A DNA stretch of 64,000 nucleotides from an uncultured Actinomycetes bacterium (GCA_963841735.1 CAWJDT010000001.1:1376001-1440000); one strand, 5' to 3'. Counted from the first letter of the stretch, positions 20,492 through 31,115 are shown. The notes: generated from the sequence alone by a model not told the origin. Numbers and translations: made by a program.

Positions 20492-21253
20492 ATGGCGGAT
20501 GCGGCGAATACCACCCCGAGTGAGCGTCTCTATCTGGCCCTGTATCGGAAGTCGATCAAGCGCCTGAGACGGCGGGGACTGAGCGACGACGATGCGGCCC
20601 GGGTCGCGCGCGTGGTCGCCAAGAAGGCCGTCGAGAGGGCCAAGGCCCCGAACCTCAAATCCGACAAGGACTTCGCCGCCGTGGTGAGCTATGTCTGCGG
20701 GGAGTTGAGCAAGGGCAAGAGCTTCTACGACCTCATCGGCGGACGGCCCTATCTGGCGACCGGCCGGATCGACAGGCTGGTAGCTACTTCCTCGTATGCG
20801 AAACCCCCCGTCGCCGCCGTCACGGCTCTGGCGGCCAAGAAAGCCGCCAAGCTGAGGAGGCTGTCCGGCTCGATGGCGGTGGTTTTCATGGCAGCCGCTC
20901 TGGTTACGCTGGGCCCCCTGCCCGCGCTGGCCGTGGGGATGGTGGTGGCCGCGGCCGCCGAGCTCTACGTGCAACTGGGCGTGCCCGCCTCCGTCAGGCT
21001 CACCCTTGCGCGTATCAGGCTGCCCCAGTACATCGGCGTGGCCGCCCTCCTCGGTCTTGGATACTCGGGGTACGACTGGTTGCACGACAGGGAACACCTT
21101 TACATCTACGGCGCCGCCGTCGCAGTGGCCGCAGTGCTGGTGTGGCTGGCTGTTCCGGGCCTCACTCTGGCCGTGATGGTGGGCCGCCGGGAGCGCAAGT
21201 GGCGGCAAGGCCTAGAGAAGCGGCTCGTAGAGGCCTTGCGTCAGCGCGTATAG
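20492..21253 (+). CDS. Hypothetical membrane protein
   Basis: Basic soluble N-terminal half plus ~4 hydrophobic helices; TAGACT 7 nt before ATG. Confidence 0.6.
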   Translation: MADAANTTPSERLYLALYRKSIKRLRRRGLSDDDAARVARVVAKKAVERAKAPNLKSDKDFAAVVSYVCGELSKGKSFYDLIGGRPYLATGRIDRLVATSSYAKPPVAAVTALAAKKAAKLRRLSGSMAVVFMAAALVTLGPLPALAVGMVVAAAAELYVQLGVPASVRLTLARIRLPQYIGVAALLGLGYSGYDWLHDREHLYIYGAAVAVAAVLVWLAVPGLTLAVMVGRRERKWRQGLEKRLVEALRQRV

Positions 21254-22365
21254 GTCCAGATGTCGTTGAAGTAGGTCGCCCCGTCGGCTCCACCAAAGAG
21301 GAACAGCCGGCCTTTGCTGGAGTCATAGGCCAAAGCTTGACCGGAGCGGGCTACCGGCAGGGCCCCGGCGGGAGAGATCTGGGCCCAGGTGTTGGCCGCC
21401 GGATCGTACACCCACATATCGCCCATCGCGATGTTGCCGCTGGTGCCCCCGCCCACGAGGATCATCTTGCCGGTGCTCGCCTCGCATACCATGCGGGACA
21501 ACGCCCGGTTGGAAGGGCCTTCTCCGGCTGGGGCGGCGTCGGTCCAGGTGTTGGCGCCCGGGTCGTAGATCCAGGTGTCACCAAAGTCGGTGGTTTGACT
21601 CCATCCTCCAAAGAGGATCACTTTGCCGGTTTTGGCCTCAAAGGCCATGGCCTGGGAGTCGCGCGCCGCGGGAATGCTGCCGCCTGGCCTTAGCTCGGTC
21701 CAGGTGTTGGCGCCCGGATCGTACACCCAGGTGTCGTCGAATTCTTTAGCGCCGTTCCAGCCACCGAAGAGATACACCTTCTGGTTGGATGAGTCGTAGA
21801 CCAGGGAATGGCCATCGCGGGCCTCCGGCACGCTTCCAGACGGGCCCAAGTTGGTCCAGCTGTCGGCGTCGATGTCGTATGCCCAGGTATCACCGAGATA
21901 GACGGAGCCGTTGTACCCACCGAACATGAGCAGCCGACCTGTGTCGGGCAAGTAGACCACGGAGTGGAGCGCCCGGGCCGCAGGCGGGTTGCCGCCGGTA
22001 TCCAGGCTTGTCCAGGTGTTGGTCGTGAGGTCATAGCTCCATACCGTGTCGAAGAACTCGGTGCCACCCCAGCCCGCAAAAAGGAGCAGGCGGTCCGTAG
22101 TGGGTTCGTAGGTCAGCGTGCCGCCCATGCGGGCATCCGGTAGGTCCTCGGCGGCGCTCTGGGGGACCAGTTGGGTCCATGCGCCCGGCGCCTCCGTGGT
22201 GGTCGTGGTGGTGATGATCTCCACAGTGGTCGTGGTGAGGGGGGCGAGCGTTGTGCTTACGCTCGTGACCGAGGCCGTTGTCTCGGGCGTCCCAGAGCAC
22301 CCGAGGGTGCCCAGAACAATGACGAGGCATAGCCCCAGCATCACGACAAAACAGGACTTTCGCAT
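21241..22365 (-). CDS. Kelch-repeat lipoprotein
   Basis: Lipobox TLGC, Thr-rich linker, six P.AR..H...YD....LFGG....DTW.YD...W repeats. Confidence 0.9.
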   Translation of the reverse strand: MRKSCFVVMLGLCLVIVLGTLGCSGTPETTASVTSVSTTLAPLTTTTVEIITTTTTTEAPGAWTQLVPQSAAEDLPDARMGGTLTYEPTTDRLLLFAGWGGTEFFDTVWSYDLTTNTWTSLDTGGNPPAARALHSVVYLPDTGRLLMFGGYNGSVYLGDTWAYDIDADSWTNLGPSGSVPEARDGHSLVYDSSNQKVYLFGGWNGAKEFDDTWVYDPGANTWTELRPGGSIPAARDSQAMAFEAKTGKVILFGGWSQTTDFGDTWIYDPGANTWTDAAPAGEGPSNRALSRMVCEASTGKMILVGGGTSGNIAMGDMWVYDPAANTWAQISPAGALPVARSGQALAYDSSKGRLFLFGGADGATYFNDIWTYTR

Positions 22366-22420
22366 GGTCTGCCCCTCCCGGACCGGCCCGTGGTGTACTC
22401 AGCCACACATGATATCGGTA

Positions 22421-23959
22421 CTATCCGCCTAGCGACCAGGTGTCGTTGAGACTCGACTCGTCGTTGTACCCTCCAAAGAGGATCATCCGGCCGGTCACCG
22501 GGTCGGCGGCGAAGGAGAAGCCGCTGCGCCCCTGGGGCACTTCGCCGGAGAAGGTGAGCTCGGTCCAGGAGCCGGCGACGGGGTCGTAGGCCCACGTGTC
22601 GCCGACAACAAAATCGCCGTCGTATCCCCCAAAGAGGATCACTTGCCGGCGGGTCGCGTCGTACGCCAGCGCGTGACCCACTCGTGGCATCGGTCGGTCG
22701 CCCAAGGGCGCGAGTTGGGCCCAGGTGTTGTCTGCCGGGTCATAGGCCCAGGTGTCACCGAGGTAGTTCACGTCGTCGTAGCCACCGAAGAGCAGTATCC
22801 GCCCCGAACTTGCGTCCAAAACCATCTTGTGGCCATCGCGCGCGCTTGGGACGTTCCCCCCGGGATTCAGCTTGGTCCAGGCGTTTGCCTGCAGATCGTA
22901 GGCCCAGGTCTCGTTGAGTTCGGTCGAAGCGAAGTCGTCCCACCCTCCGAAAAGGATCACCTTGCCTGTGTCTGGGTCGTACACCATGGCGTGATACGCG
23001 CGGGCGGCGGGAGTCTCTCCCCCGGGGTTCATCGGGGTCCAAGTGTTGGCCACGGGATCGTATGCCCAGGTGTCGTCCAGTTGTAGGTCTGCGCTCCACC
23101 CGCCAAAGACGATCACTTGGCGTCGAGCCTCGTCATAGGCCATTCCAAAGCCCACGCGGGCCGGCGGCAGTTCACCGTTCGGGCTGAGTTCGGTCCAGGT
23201 ATTGGTCACTGGGTCGTATTCCCAGGTGTCGTTGAGGGGGGTGTCGACGTCATACCCTCCAAACAGGATGTATTTGTCCCGCGCCCTATCGTAGACCATG
23301 TTGTGGCCGTCGCGGGCCTTCGGCACCGCGCCCGTCGGCTCGAGCTGCGCCCAGGTCACCGGGCCGACCACAGTGGTCGCGGTGGTAGTGGTCTCGGACG
23401 TGGTCGTGGAGGCGTCGTCCAGGGTGCCGGGAGTCTGGGCCTTGGTCGTGGTGGTCCTCCCGGTCACGACGGCGCCCCCCTGGTCGCCGCCGTCCTTGTC
23501 ATAGAAGGCGCCGAAGTAGATGCCCAGGCCTGCTCCGGCCAGCACCAAAACCGCGACTGGGATCACCCAGACAAGCCAAGAGCGGTTCTTGCGTGAGGGG
23601 TAGCCGCTAGGCCCCCCGGGGTAGGCGGGATACGCTCCGCCCTGGTAGGCCCCTGGGTATGCTCCGCCAGGGTATCCCGTGGGTCCCTGCGGACCGGGTC
23701 CCTGCGGACCCGGCGCCGCCATCGGCCAGGCGCTCGGGCTCGGTGGTGGCGGAGACGGTAGCGCGGGCAGCAGCCCCGGGATCTGCCCGGCAGGTAGCCA
23801 CTGCGGCAGCGACTGGGTCCAGACGAGATCGGCCGCCGTCAGTCCGCCCGATCGCGCCAGCGAAAGCAAATCCTCCCAAGTCAGCGGCCCCGTGGGTTGC
23901 CCGGAAGACGCGCCGGCCTTCGCGTAGAACCATCCTGAAGAAGCAGTATCCGCGTTCAT
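22421..23959 (-). CDS. GYF_2 (DUF4339) domain, Pro/Gly-rich linker, TM and Kelch-repeat protein
   Basis: WFYAK....GP...L..L...G.L...DLVW..L..W.PA; TM; six Kelch repeats. Confidence 0.85.
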   Translation of the reverse strand: MNADTASSGWFYAKAGASSGQPTGPLTWEDLLSLARSGGLTAADLVWTQSLPQWLPAGQIPGLLPALPSPPPPSPSAWPMAAPGPQGPGPQGPTGYPGGAYPGAYQGGAYPAYPGGPSGYPSRKNRSWLVWVIPVAVLVLAGAGLGIYFGAFYDKDGGDQGGAVVTGRTTTTKAQTPGTLDDASTTTSETTTTATTVVGPVTWAQLEPTGAVPKARDGHNMVYDRARDKYILFGGYDVDTPLNDTWEYDPVTNTWTELSPNGELPPARVGFGMAYDEARRQVIVFGGWSADLQLDDTWAYDPVANTWTPMNPGGETPAARAYHAMVYDPDTGKVILFGGWDDFASTELNETWAYDLQANAWTKLNPGGNVPSARDGHKMVLDASSGRILLFGGYDDVNYLGDTWAYDPADNTWAQLAPLGDRPMPRVGHALAYDATRRQVILFGGYDGDFVVGDTWAYDPVAGSWTELTFSGEVPQGRSGFSFAADPVTGRMILFGGYNDESSLNDTWSLGG

Positions 23960-23972
23960 GGCTATGTCCTTG

Positions 23973-25112
23973 CTAGTCGGAGAGTGCCCAAGTGTCGTTG
24001 AAGAACGAGGTCCCGGCCGATCCCCCGAAAAGGATGGCTCTGTTTGTCTTGGCATCGTAGACCATCGCCTGGCCGTCGCGAGCGGCGGGCGCGCTCGCGG
24101 GGGAGATCAATTCGCTCCAGGTGTTGGCTACGGGTTCGTACGCCCAGGTGTCGTTGAAAAGGGTGGTCCCGGCCACGCCACCGAAGAGGATGAACCCGCC
24201 GTTGTTTGGAGCGAAGACCAGAGAGGCGCGCGTGCGCTCAGGTGGCGCAGAACCGGAAGGAGAGGCTTCAGTCCAGCTGTTGGCGGCCAGGTCGTAGACC
24301 CAGGTATCGCCGAAGTATTGGGTGGCGTCGTAACCGCCGAAGAGAACCACCTTGCCGGAGTCCGGGTCGAGCGCGAGTGCGTGGAACGCCCGTGCGGGCG
24401 GAACGGCGCCCGCGGGCTTGGCGTCGTTCCAGACGCCTGTCTTGCAGTCGTATAGCCAAGTGTCGTTGAAGTAGGCCTCCGGACCGCTCATGCCGCCGAA
24501 GAGGATCACCCCATTGGAGGCTGGGTCGTAGGCCATCGCATGGAACGCGCGGGCCGGGGGGGCGCCGTTGTCGTCGCGGGCAAGCTCAGCCCACAAGTTA
24601 TCCTCCGGGCTGTAGCCCCAGGTGTCCGCGAAGGCATTCTGGCCGTCATACCCGCCGAACAGCACGACTTTCTTGCAGGCCGAACTGTAGATCATCGGAG
24701 CCCCGGCGCGCGCCGGGGGCGCGCGGCCGGCGGGGGCGAGATCGGCCCAGGTGTTTGCCGCAGGGTCGTAAGCCCAAGTATCGTCGAAGGGGTTCATTAC
24801 CTCCAGCCCTCCGAACAGAATGGTCTTGCCTGTGTTCGAATCGTTGGCGAGCCCGTGAAAGCTGCGCGCCGCTGGAACCGCGCCCGCAGGGTTGAGGATC
24901 GTCCAACTGGCGTTGGCCTGTGGTGCGGTTGTGGTAGTGGCCCGTGGTGCGGTCGTGGTGGTAGCCGCAGCGGCTGTGGTGGTGGTCTCGAGTACGGTGG
25001 TCGCAGGGTTATTGACCGCGGTCGTGGTGGTCTCCGCGCCGCCGCACCCTGACAGACCGCTTGCAGCGCCGCAACAGAGTATCAGCGCAGAAACCAAGCA
25101 TTTCATCCGCAT
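23973..25112 (-). CDS. Kelch-repeat lipoprotein
   Basis: Lipobox LSGC, Thr/Ala linker, six Kelch repeats; GAGGAG RBS before ATG 25112. Confidence 0.9.
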   Translation of the reverse strand: MRMKCLVSALILCCGAASGLSGCGGAETTTTAVNNPATTVLETTTTAAAATTTTAPRATTTTAPQANASWTILNPAGAVPAARSFHGLANDSNTGKTILFGGLEVMNPFDDTWAYDPAANTWADLAPAGRAPPARAGAPMIYSSACKKVVLFGGYDGQNAFADTWGYSPEDNLWAELARDDNGAPPARAFHAMAYDPASNGVILFGGMSGPEAYFNDTWLYDCKTGVWNDAKPAGAVPPARAFHALALDPDSGKVVLFGGYDATQYFGDTWVYDLAANSWTEASPSGSAPPERTRASLVFAPNNGGFILFGGVAGTTLFNDTWAYEPVANTWSELISPASAPAARDGQAMVYDAKTNRAILFGGSAGTSFFNDTWALSD

Positions 25113-25345
25113 GGCGCGCTCCTCCTCTGCCGGTCCGACGTGGTGGGTTGTTCCAAGGGCCATCATAGCGCGGCCCGCCGGCAGCTGGTCGGCTCTGCGC
25201 CGGTTTGCGCCGCGCCGGTTCACGGCCCGCCCACAGCCGGTCGGCTCCGCGCCGTTTCGCGGCGCGCCCAGCCCGCTGGGTGGTGTAAGCTTCGGCCTGC
25301 GTCCGGCGAGTCCGCGGGCGCCGGTCAACTCGTTGGAGGAGTCCC

Positions 25346-26539
25346 GTGGAGCCGACGCTCAACCCCAAACCGCAGAGTAGCGTGTCCGAGGCGAGCATAA
25401 GACACCGCCGCGCCCAGATACGGCGCCGGCGGGTGGTCGCGTTGCTCGTGTTCGTGGGCGTGGTGGCAGTGGCTGTGGCTGTTCCCCTCATAGTCCGCGA
25501 CGGCGAAGATGGGGCCGAGGCCACACCTGGACAGACCACTGGGGTGAGTACATCATCCGGCTCTGAGCCCATCGGCTCCACCACCACCGGCTCCGTGCCC
25601 CCTGCCTCGACTACCACCACCCTGATAGCGCCCGGGCAGCCGATCACCGCCGAGGTGGCCAAGACCATCAAGGCCAACGAGATGGGTTTGGTACCCGTGC
25701 TGATGTATCACAAGATCGGCAACGACATCGTGCCGCCTGCGAGGCTCCGCGACGACATCGCCCGTCTCAAAGCGGCGGGGTTCTACCCAACCACCATCAG
25801 GGAGATGGCCGAAGGTACGATGGATATCCCGGCCGGTAAAAGCCCGGTGATCCTGACCTTTGACGACTCCAGCCCCACCCACTACAAGATCCTGGAGGAT
25901 GGCACTCTCGATCCCGATTGCGCCGTAGCCATAATCCTGGCCGCTGTCGAGACCGGTGATTGGGCTCCCAAGGCCTGCTTCTTCCCTCTACTCCAGGTCG
26001 ATTCGGCGCCCAACATCGTCTTCGGGCAGCCGGAACTCGCCGACCAGAAGCTCCGCAACCTGGTGGCATGGGGCTTCGAGGTCGGCAGCCACACCATGAC
26101 TCATCGCGATCTTTCGAAGGCCACCCCGGAACAGATCCACAAGGAGCTTGCTCGATCCAAGGCGCAGTTGGAGGAGATGATTGGCGGCGGGTACCAGATC
26201 TACACGCTGAACCCACCGTTCGGGGAGTATCCGGACGACGTCTCCCTTTTGAAGTCGGGAGAGTATGAGGGCGTGGCCTATCAGTTCTCGGCTGTACTGC
26301 TGGCCGCGGGCGGCAGAGGTTTCTCGCCTTTCTCGACCGATTTCAACGCGGTGCGGATACGGCGCATCACTGCCTATCCCACTGAGACCGTGCCGAATCT
26401 AGTCACATACTTCCAGAATCACCCCGAGATGCGCTTCGTCTCGGACGGGGATCCGTCGGTGGTCTCGGCTCCGCAAGACCTTGCCGCGGATTTGGGGGAC
26501 TTGCGGACCGACCTTGCGCAGACCATCGTGCGCTATTAG
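25346..26539 (+). CDS. Membrane-anchored polysaccharide deacetylase (NodB-like)
   Basis: VPVLMYH, LTFDD, EVGSHTMTH..L, PFG; N-terminal TM and Thr linker. Confidence 0.85.
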   Translation: MEPTLNPKPQSSVSEASIRHRRAQIRRRRVVALLVFVGVVAVAVAVPLIVRDGEDGAEATPGQTTGVSTSSGSEPIGSTTTGSVPPASTTTTLIAPGQPITAEVAKTIKANEMGLVPVLMYHKIGNDIVPPARLRDDIARLKAAGFYPTTIREMAEGTMDIPAGKSPVILTFDDSSPTHYKILEDGTLDPDCAVAIILAAVETGDWAPKACFFPLLQVDSAPNIVFGQPELADQKLRNLVAWGFEVGSHTMTHRDLSKATPEQIHKELARSKAQLEEMIGGGYQIYTLNPPFGEYPDDVSLLKSGEYEGVAYQFSAVLLAAGGRGFSPFSTDFNAVRIRRITAYPTETVPNLVTYFQNHPEMRFVSDGDPSVVSAPQDLAADLGDLRTDLAQTIVRY

Positions 26540-26567
26540 CCACGGGTTGCGCCGGGGCGGCGCCGGC

Positions 26568-27263
26568 CTACTGCGCGCCCACCAGCGAGAAGCTCTCCAC
26601 CGTGCCGTCGAAGAAGTAGCGGCTTCGTTCCCATGCGTTCTCGTCGGCCCCGAACATGAACGTGTAATAGCAGTTGCCGGCCTCAAGCAAGCAGAGCCGC
26701 ATGAACGATGTTTCGTCTGCCGCGCCGAACTTGGCGGTCAACTCGGCTCCGTTCATGAGGGCGCCTTCGATCTTCCGGACGTCTCCCTCGACTGAAAGAC
26801 CGGGAAGCTCGATGCTCTCGATCTGGGTGTCGAGTAGCTCGAGCATCTCTTTGACGGACATGTCGACGCCACCTGTGTAATTTTGAGCTGCGAAGATCAT
26901 TACGGCTCCCAGCCCCGACCCGCCGGTCACCAGGCTCCCTTCTCCGAAAGCGACGAACCCGGTAGGCATCGTATCCATGCCGACCGCGATGCCGGTGAGC
27001 ACGGCGGACGCGTCGTCAAGCGGGATCTGCTCCCAGGAAAGCGGCACCTGGAAAGAGACGCCTGTTGAGTAGTCTGTGTAGGTGCCCATTTGAGCCAGCG
27101 CCGTGGCCTTGGCCTTCTGCTCAGCGGCGGCGGCGGTCTTGGCGTTGATCAGAAGGAAGGCGGCGACGCCCGTGGCCACGACCAGGAAGGCCACTATCGC
27201 CAGAATGATGGGGGTCCTACGCAAGTAGCTCCGAGCCCGCGGCGTGCGCAGCTCTGAGGCCAT
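26568..27263 (-). CDS. Hypothetical single-TM protein with extracellular PsbP-like domain
   Basis: TM followed by Y.D...GVSF.VP.SW ... F....ESF pattern; fold assignment is tentative. Confidence 0.55.
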   Translation of the reverse strand: MASELRTPRARSYLRRTPIILAIVAFLVVATGVAAFLLINAKTAAAAEQKAKATALAQMGTYTDYSTGVSFQVPLSWEQIPLDDASAVLTGIAVGMDTMPTGFVAFGEGSLVTGGSGLGAVMIFAAQNYTGGVDMSVKEMLELLDTQIESIELPGLSVEGDVRKIEGALMNGAELTAKFGAADETSFMRLCLLEAGNCYYTFMFGADENAWERSRYFFDGTVESFSLVGAQ

Positions 27264-27486
27264 CGTCTCATACTCGCACGAGGACACCGGGTCGGGTGTT
27301 GCCCGCTCAGACCAGTGAAGCTTCGGTTGACCCACCTCTATCTCCCGATCGCCATTGATTCCCTGCGCACTTGCAGGGATGGTTATCGGCGCTCCTGCCG
27401 CGGCGGTTTAGCGCGTTTGCGGCGCTGGGGGTTCCGTACCGGGTGGTGTTCTGAGGCTCAGGTCCAGGCCCACGGTCCCTCTGGCC

Positions 27487-28935
27487 TCAGAGGGCTAGAT
27501 CGCCGAGCATTCCCTTTGCACCATGCGGGCCGGCGCCTTCGGAGCGCGCGAACCGCAGTCCGTTGATCTCCGCGAATGTCATGTACTTACGGGCCAGCCC
27601 CCTTGAGCTCCGCCGGGACGAGAGATTGGCGATTATGCTCCATATCGGGCTACGGCCTTCCGTCACACCGGTGAGCGTGCGCCAGAGGATGTTGGGCAGG
27701 GAGTAGAAGGTGCCGTTGCAGGTAATCATCTCTGCGACGGTGTCGCTGAGTGTCAGCTTGGGATGGCGCGCCACCGGATAGGTGAGGGTGTAGTACTGCC
27801 AGTCGGCCGGGAAGTTGTCCATGGCGATGCGGTGCTGCTCCTTCATGCGGTCCCAGAGTCGGGTGCCCGGCAGAGGGGTGGCGAAGAGCACGTTCATGAT
27901 GTCCACTCCGTACCAGTCGGCGGCCGCTGCGATCCTGCCGCCGATGCCCAGGTCGTCACACTCGAGGCCGATCATGAACGAGCCTACCACCATGATCCCG
28001 TGGCCCTGGATGTTACGAACGGAGGCTCGCAGGTCGCGCGTCTTCATGAGGTTGAACTTCTTGCCCACTTCCGCCACTCCCTCGGCGGTGGGTGACTCGA
28101 AGCCGACAAAGGCCCCGATGCAGCCGGACTTCTTGGCCAGGGTGAGTAGCTCGTCGTCTTCGCCGAAATTGACTGTTACCTGGCCTATCCACTTCTTGCC
28201 CAGTTTGGCGTCGGCCATGGCTCGGAACAGATCCTTGGCCCGGCGGACCTGAGCGGGCCCGGTGCCCACGAAATTGTCGTCCACGATCAGTACACGCTTC
28301 TCGGGGATGTTGCGGAACTCCTCGACCACCTCGGCGACGGGACGCTGCCGGTAGCGGGAGCCGTTGAAGCCCGGAACGCTGCAGAAGTTGCAGTTAAGCG
28401 GGCAGCCTCTGGTGGTCTGGATGGCCCCGAAGGCGTAGCCGGAAGGCAGCAGGTCATGCCTGGCCGGGCGTATGTCCTCTATCTCGGCCAAGCCGCCCTC
28501 ATAGCGAGGCTGAAGCCGGCCGGCCAGGAAGTCGTCGAGCACCTTGCTCCACACTGCCTCGGCTTCTCCGGTGACTACCGCGTCTACGCGAGAGGCCGCT
28601 TCATCCGTGCACATGGTGGCATGGATGCCGCCCATGACCACCGGGATGCCCTGCGCCCGGAAGGCCCCAGCCAGCTCGTAGGCTCGGTTGGACTGGGAGG
28701 TAAAGGCGGTGATTCCCACCAGATCAGGGCGGGCGATGGTTGTGTAGTCGGGTATGTTCAAGGTCTCGTCGACTATGCGCACGGTCCAGTTGGGCGGGGT
28801 AAGCCCGGCCACCATCATCAGGCCAAGGGGTTGCCAGGCACGGAACCGGGTCCATTTGCTCGAGTTGGCCGTGGAGGTGCCGGCCAGCAGATTGGACGGA
28901 TTGATGAGCAGAAGGTGAGGGGAATTCGTAGTCAC
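27487..28935 (-). CDS. B12-binding radical SAM protein
   Basis: LLINP, PLGL, DLVGIT, VMGGIHAT, TRGCPLNCNFC (CxxxCxxC), VGFES, TPLPGT. Confidence 0.9.
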   Translation of the reverse strand: MTTNSPHLLLINPSNLLAGTSTANSSKWTRFRAWQPLGLMMVAGLTPPNWTVRIVDETLNIPDYTTIARPDLVGITAFTSQSNRAYELAGAFRAQGIPVVMGGIHATMCTDEAASRVDAVVTGEAEAVWSKVLDDFLAGRLQPRYEGGLAEIEDIRPARHDLLPSGYAFGAIQTTRGCPLNCNFCSVPGFNGSRYRQRPVAEVVEEFRNIPEKRVLIVDDNFVGTGPAQVRRAKDLFRAMADAKLGKKWIGQVTVNFGEDDELLTLAKKSGCIGAFVGFESPTAEGVAEVGKKFNLMKTRDLRASVRNIQGHGIMVVGSFMIGLECDDLGIGGRIAAAADWYGVDIMNVLFATPLPGTRLWDRMKEQHRIAMDNFPADWQYYTLTYPVARHPKLTLSDTVAEMITCNGTFYSLPNILWRTLTGVTEGRSPIWSIIANLSSRRSSRGLARKYMTFAEINGLRFARSEGAGPHGAKGMLGDLAL

Positions 28936-29097
28936 GTTTCTCCGATCGAGATCGCGAAGCAGCATACGCAGAATGAACGCAAAGCACGTGAGCCAGGTTA
29001 CCACGTAGGCGTCAGGGGGGAGCGTGGCCACCCGTCTCTTATAGAATACCGCCTTCGCCGGGTAGACAAAACGCCTTCCAGCCGCCAATATCGGCGC

Positions 29098-30162
29098 ATG
29101 CTTAAGCGCATCGCCTCTCTCATACGCAAGGAATTCATCCAGATACGCCGCGACCGGCGGACTTTGATGATGATGATCGCCATCCCGATCATCTGGATCG
29201 TGGTGTTTGGGTATGCGGCCACGTTCGACGTCAAGAACGTCCGTGCCGTGGTGGCGGTACCGAAGGATTCGCCTGCGGCGGCGCTCATCGCGGCCGGCCT
29301 TGACGCTTCCGAGTACTTCCAGGTGGTCGAGCAAGGCCCGTTCTCCGACGTCGAACTCGAGGCGGCCATCAATGAGCACAGGGCTTCGGTCGCCATCCGG
29401 CCCCCAGGCACCGACGCTCCCGGCTTGTTCATCGCCGACGGGTCCGACCTCTTCACCGCTCAGGCGGCCGCCCGGCAGATCCAGGCGCTGGTCCAGCGTT
29501 TGGCCGAGCAGACGGGCACTCCCGCCTATGTGGAGCAGAGGATCCTCTACAACCCCGACCTGCGCTCGGTCAACTACATGATCCCCGGACTGGTGGGCAT
29601 CGTCATGGTGTTCATCGCCACCATGATGACGGCCGTCGCGGTGGTGCGCGAGCGCGAGCGGGGAACCCTGGAGCAACTGCTCGTCACGCCTGCCAATCCC
29701 ATGGAGATCATGATCGGCAAGATCATCCCTTACATGGTCATCGCATTTGCCGACTTCTTGCTGGTGATGGCCTGCGGGGTGTGGATATTCAATGTGCCCT
29801 TTGCCGGCAATCCCGGGCTGCTTATGCTGCTGTCGCTGGCCTTCTTGTTCGTGAGTCTGGGGTTGGGGCTGCTGATATCTACCGTGTCATACACTCAGCA
29901 GCAGGCCATGCAGTTGGCTGTGTTCACTTTGGTGCCCCAGATACTGCTCTCAGGGTTCATCTTTCCGCTGGCTGCCATTCCCTGGGGGGTGCGCTGGGTG
30001 GCCTATCTGGCGCCTCTCACATACTTCCTGCCTATCTCTCGCGGCACATTCATGCGCGGTGAGGGTCTGAGCGACCTGTGGCTGTATGTAGTTATTCTGG
30101 TGGGCTACGCGGTGGTGATCGTCAGTTTGGCCGCCTGGCGCTTTCGGAAGAAGCTGATGTGA
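29098..30162 (+). CDS. ABC-2 type transporter permease
   Basis: KEFIQ.RRD.RT, LYNPDL, RERE.GTLEQL.VTP, LSGFIFP. Confidence 0.9.
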   Translation: MLKRIASLIRKEFIQIRRDRRTLMMMIAIPIIWIVVFGYAATFDVKNVRAVVAVPKDSPAAALIAAGLDASEYFQVVEQGPFSDVELEAAINEHRASVAIRPPGTDAPGLFIADGSDLFTAQAAARQIQALVQRLAEQTGTPAYVEQRILYNPDLRSVNYMIPGLVGIVMVFIATMMTAVAVVRERERGTLEQLLVTPANPMEIMIGKIIPYMVIAFADFLLVMACGVWIFNVPFAGNPGLLMLLSLAFLFVSLGLGLLISTVSYTQQQAMQLAVFTLVPQILLSGFIFPLAAIPWGVRWVAYLAPLTYFLPISRGTFMRGEGLSDLWLYVVILVGYAVVIVSLAAWRFRKKLM

Positions 30163-31115
30163 GCTCGGAGGAGTTTGCGCCGGTGTCATCCCGGGGCGCA
30201 TCGCCCCTTCTTGAGTTGCGGGGAGTCGTGGTCCGTTATGGCCGGACGGTGGCGCTTGACGGGGCCAGTCTGGTTATCCGGCCCGGCGACACGGTTGCCG
30301 TGCTGGGCCCCGACGGAGCGGGCAAGTCCACGCTCTTGCGAGTGATGGCCGGTCTTGCCCGAGTGGCAGCTGGCACTGTGGACTCGCGTCTCTCCCGGGG
30401 TGAACTGGGGTACGCGGGTTCTACATTCGACCTCTACGGCGATCTGACCGTACTGGAGAACCTTCAGTTTTTCGGGCGGCTGCGCGGCATGGACGAGGCA
30501 TGGTTGGGCGATCGGATCGCGGCCATGCTGGCTCTGACAGGACTGAAGGCCGCCCAAGGCCGGCTCGCGGGGCGTTTGTCCGGCGGGATGAAGAAGGGCC
30601 TCGCCCTCGCCTGCGCCATGGTGCACCAGCCGGCCTTGCTGCTGCTGGACGAGCCGACGGTGGGAGTGGACCCGGTCTCGCGCCAGGAGCTATGGGACAT
30701 CGTCATGGCGGTCGCGGCCGCGGGCACCGCCACGGTGTTCACCAGCTGCTACTTGGAGGAATCCCAATACGCGGCTCGGTTGGTCGCCATGGGCGGGGGA
30801 AGACTTACCGAGACCACAGTTGCAGAGGTCATGGCGGGCGCCGCGGGGTGGTCGGCTTGGGTGATGCCGGTGTCAGAAGACCGGACTGAGGTGCGCGCCC
30901 GTCTTGCCGAAGTGGTGCACGAGCCCCGCGTCTATCTGCGGCCGGAGGGGTTGACGGTGTTGGCCGAGAACGAGGAGACCGCGCGCCGGCTGCTGGCGCA
31001 GACCGTGGGAGGTGCCTTCGCGGCCGCCGGGCTCACCCGCGGCCGACCGACCTTTGAGGACGCCTTTGTGCTGATGGAGGGCCGAGCCGGGGTCCGAGAC
31101 GGGAGCGGAGGGTGA
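30159..31115 (+). CDS. ABC transporter ATP-binding protein
   Basis: GPDGAGKST, LSGGMKK, LLLDEPT.GVDP. Confidence 0.9.
   Translation: MSSEEFAPVSSRGASPLLELRGVVVRYGRTVALDGASLVIRPGDTVAVLGPDGAGKSTLLRVMAGLARVAAGTVDSRLSRGELGYAGSTFDLYGDLTVLENLQFFGRLRGMDEAWLGDRIAAMLALTGLKAAQGRLAGRLSGGMKKGLALACAMVHQPALLLLDEPTVGVDPVSRQELWDIVMAVAAAGTATVFTSCYLEESQYAARLVAMGGGRLTETTVAEVMAGAAGWSAWVMPVSEDRTEVRARLAEVVHEPRVYLRPEGLTVLAENEETARRLLAQTVGGAFAAAGLTRGRPTFEDAFVLMEGRAGVRDGSGG

Noticed and set aside
21241-25112. CRISPR-like periodic DNA repeats (CCAGGTGTCG..., GGGTCGTA)
   Set aside because: They are the coding DTW.YDP motifs of Kelch repeats, not identical repeats with spacers
27264-27486. Riboswitch (c-di-AMP/c-di-GMP) in this intergenic region
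   Set aside because: One imperfect hairpin but no recognisable consensus
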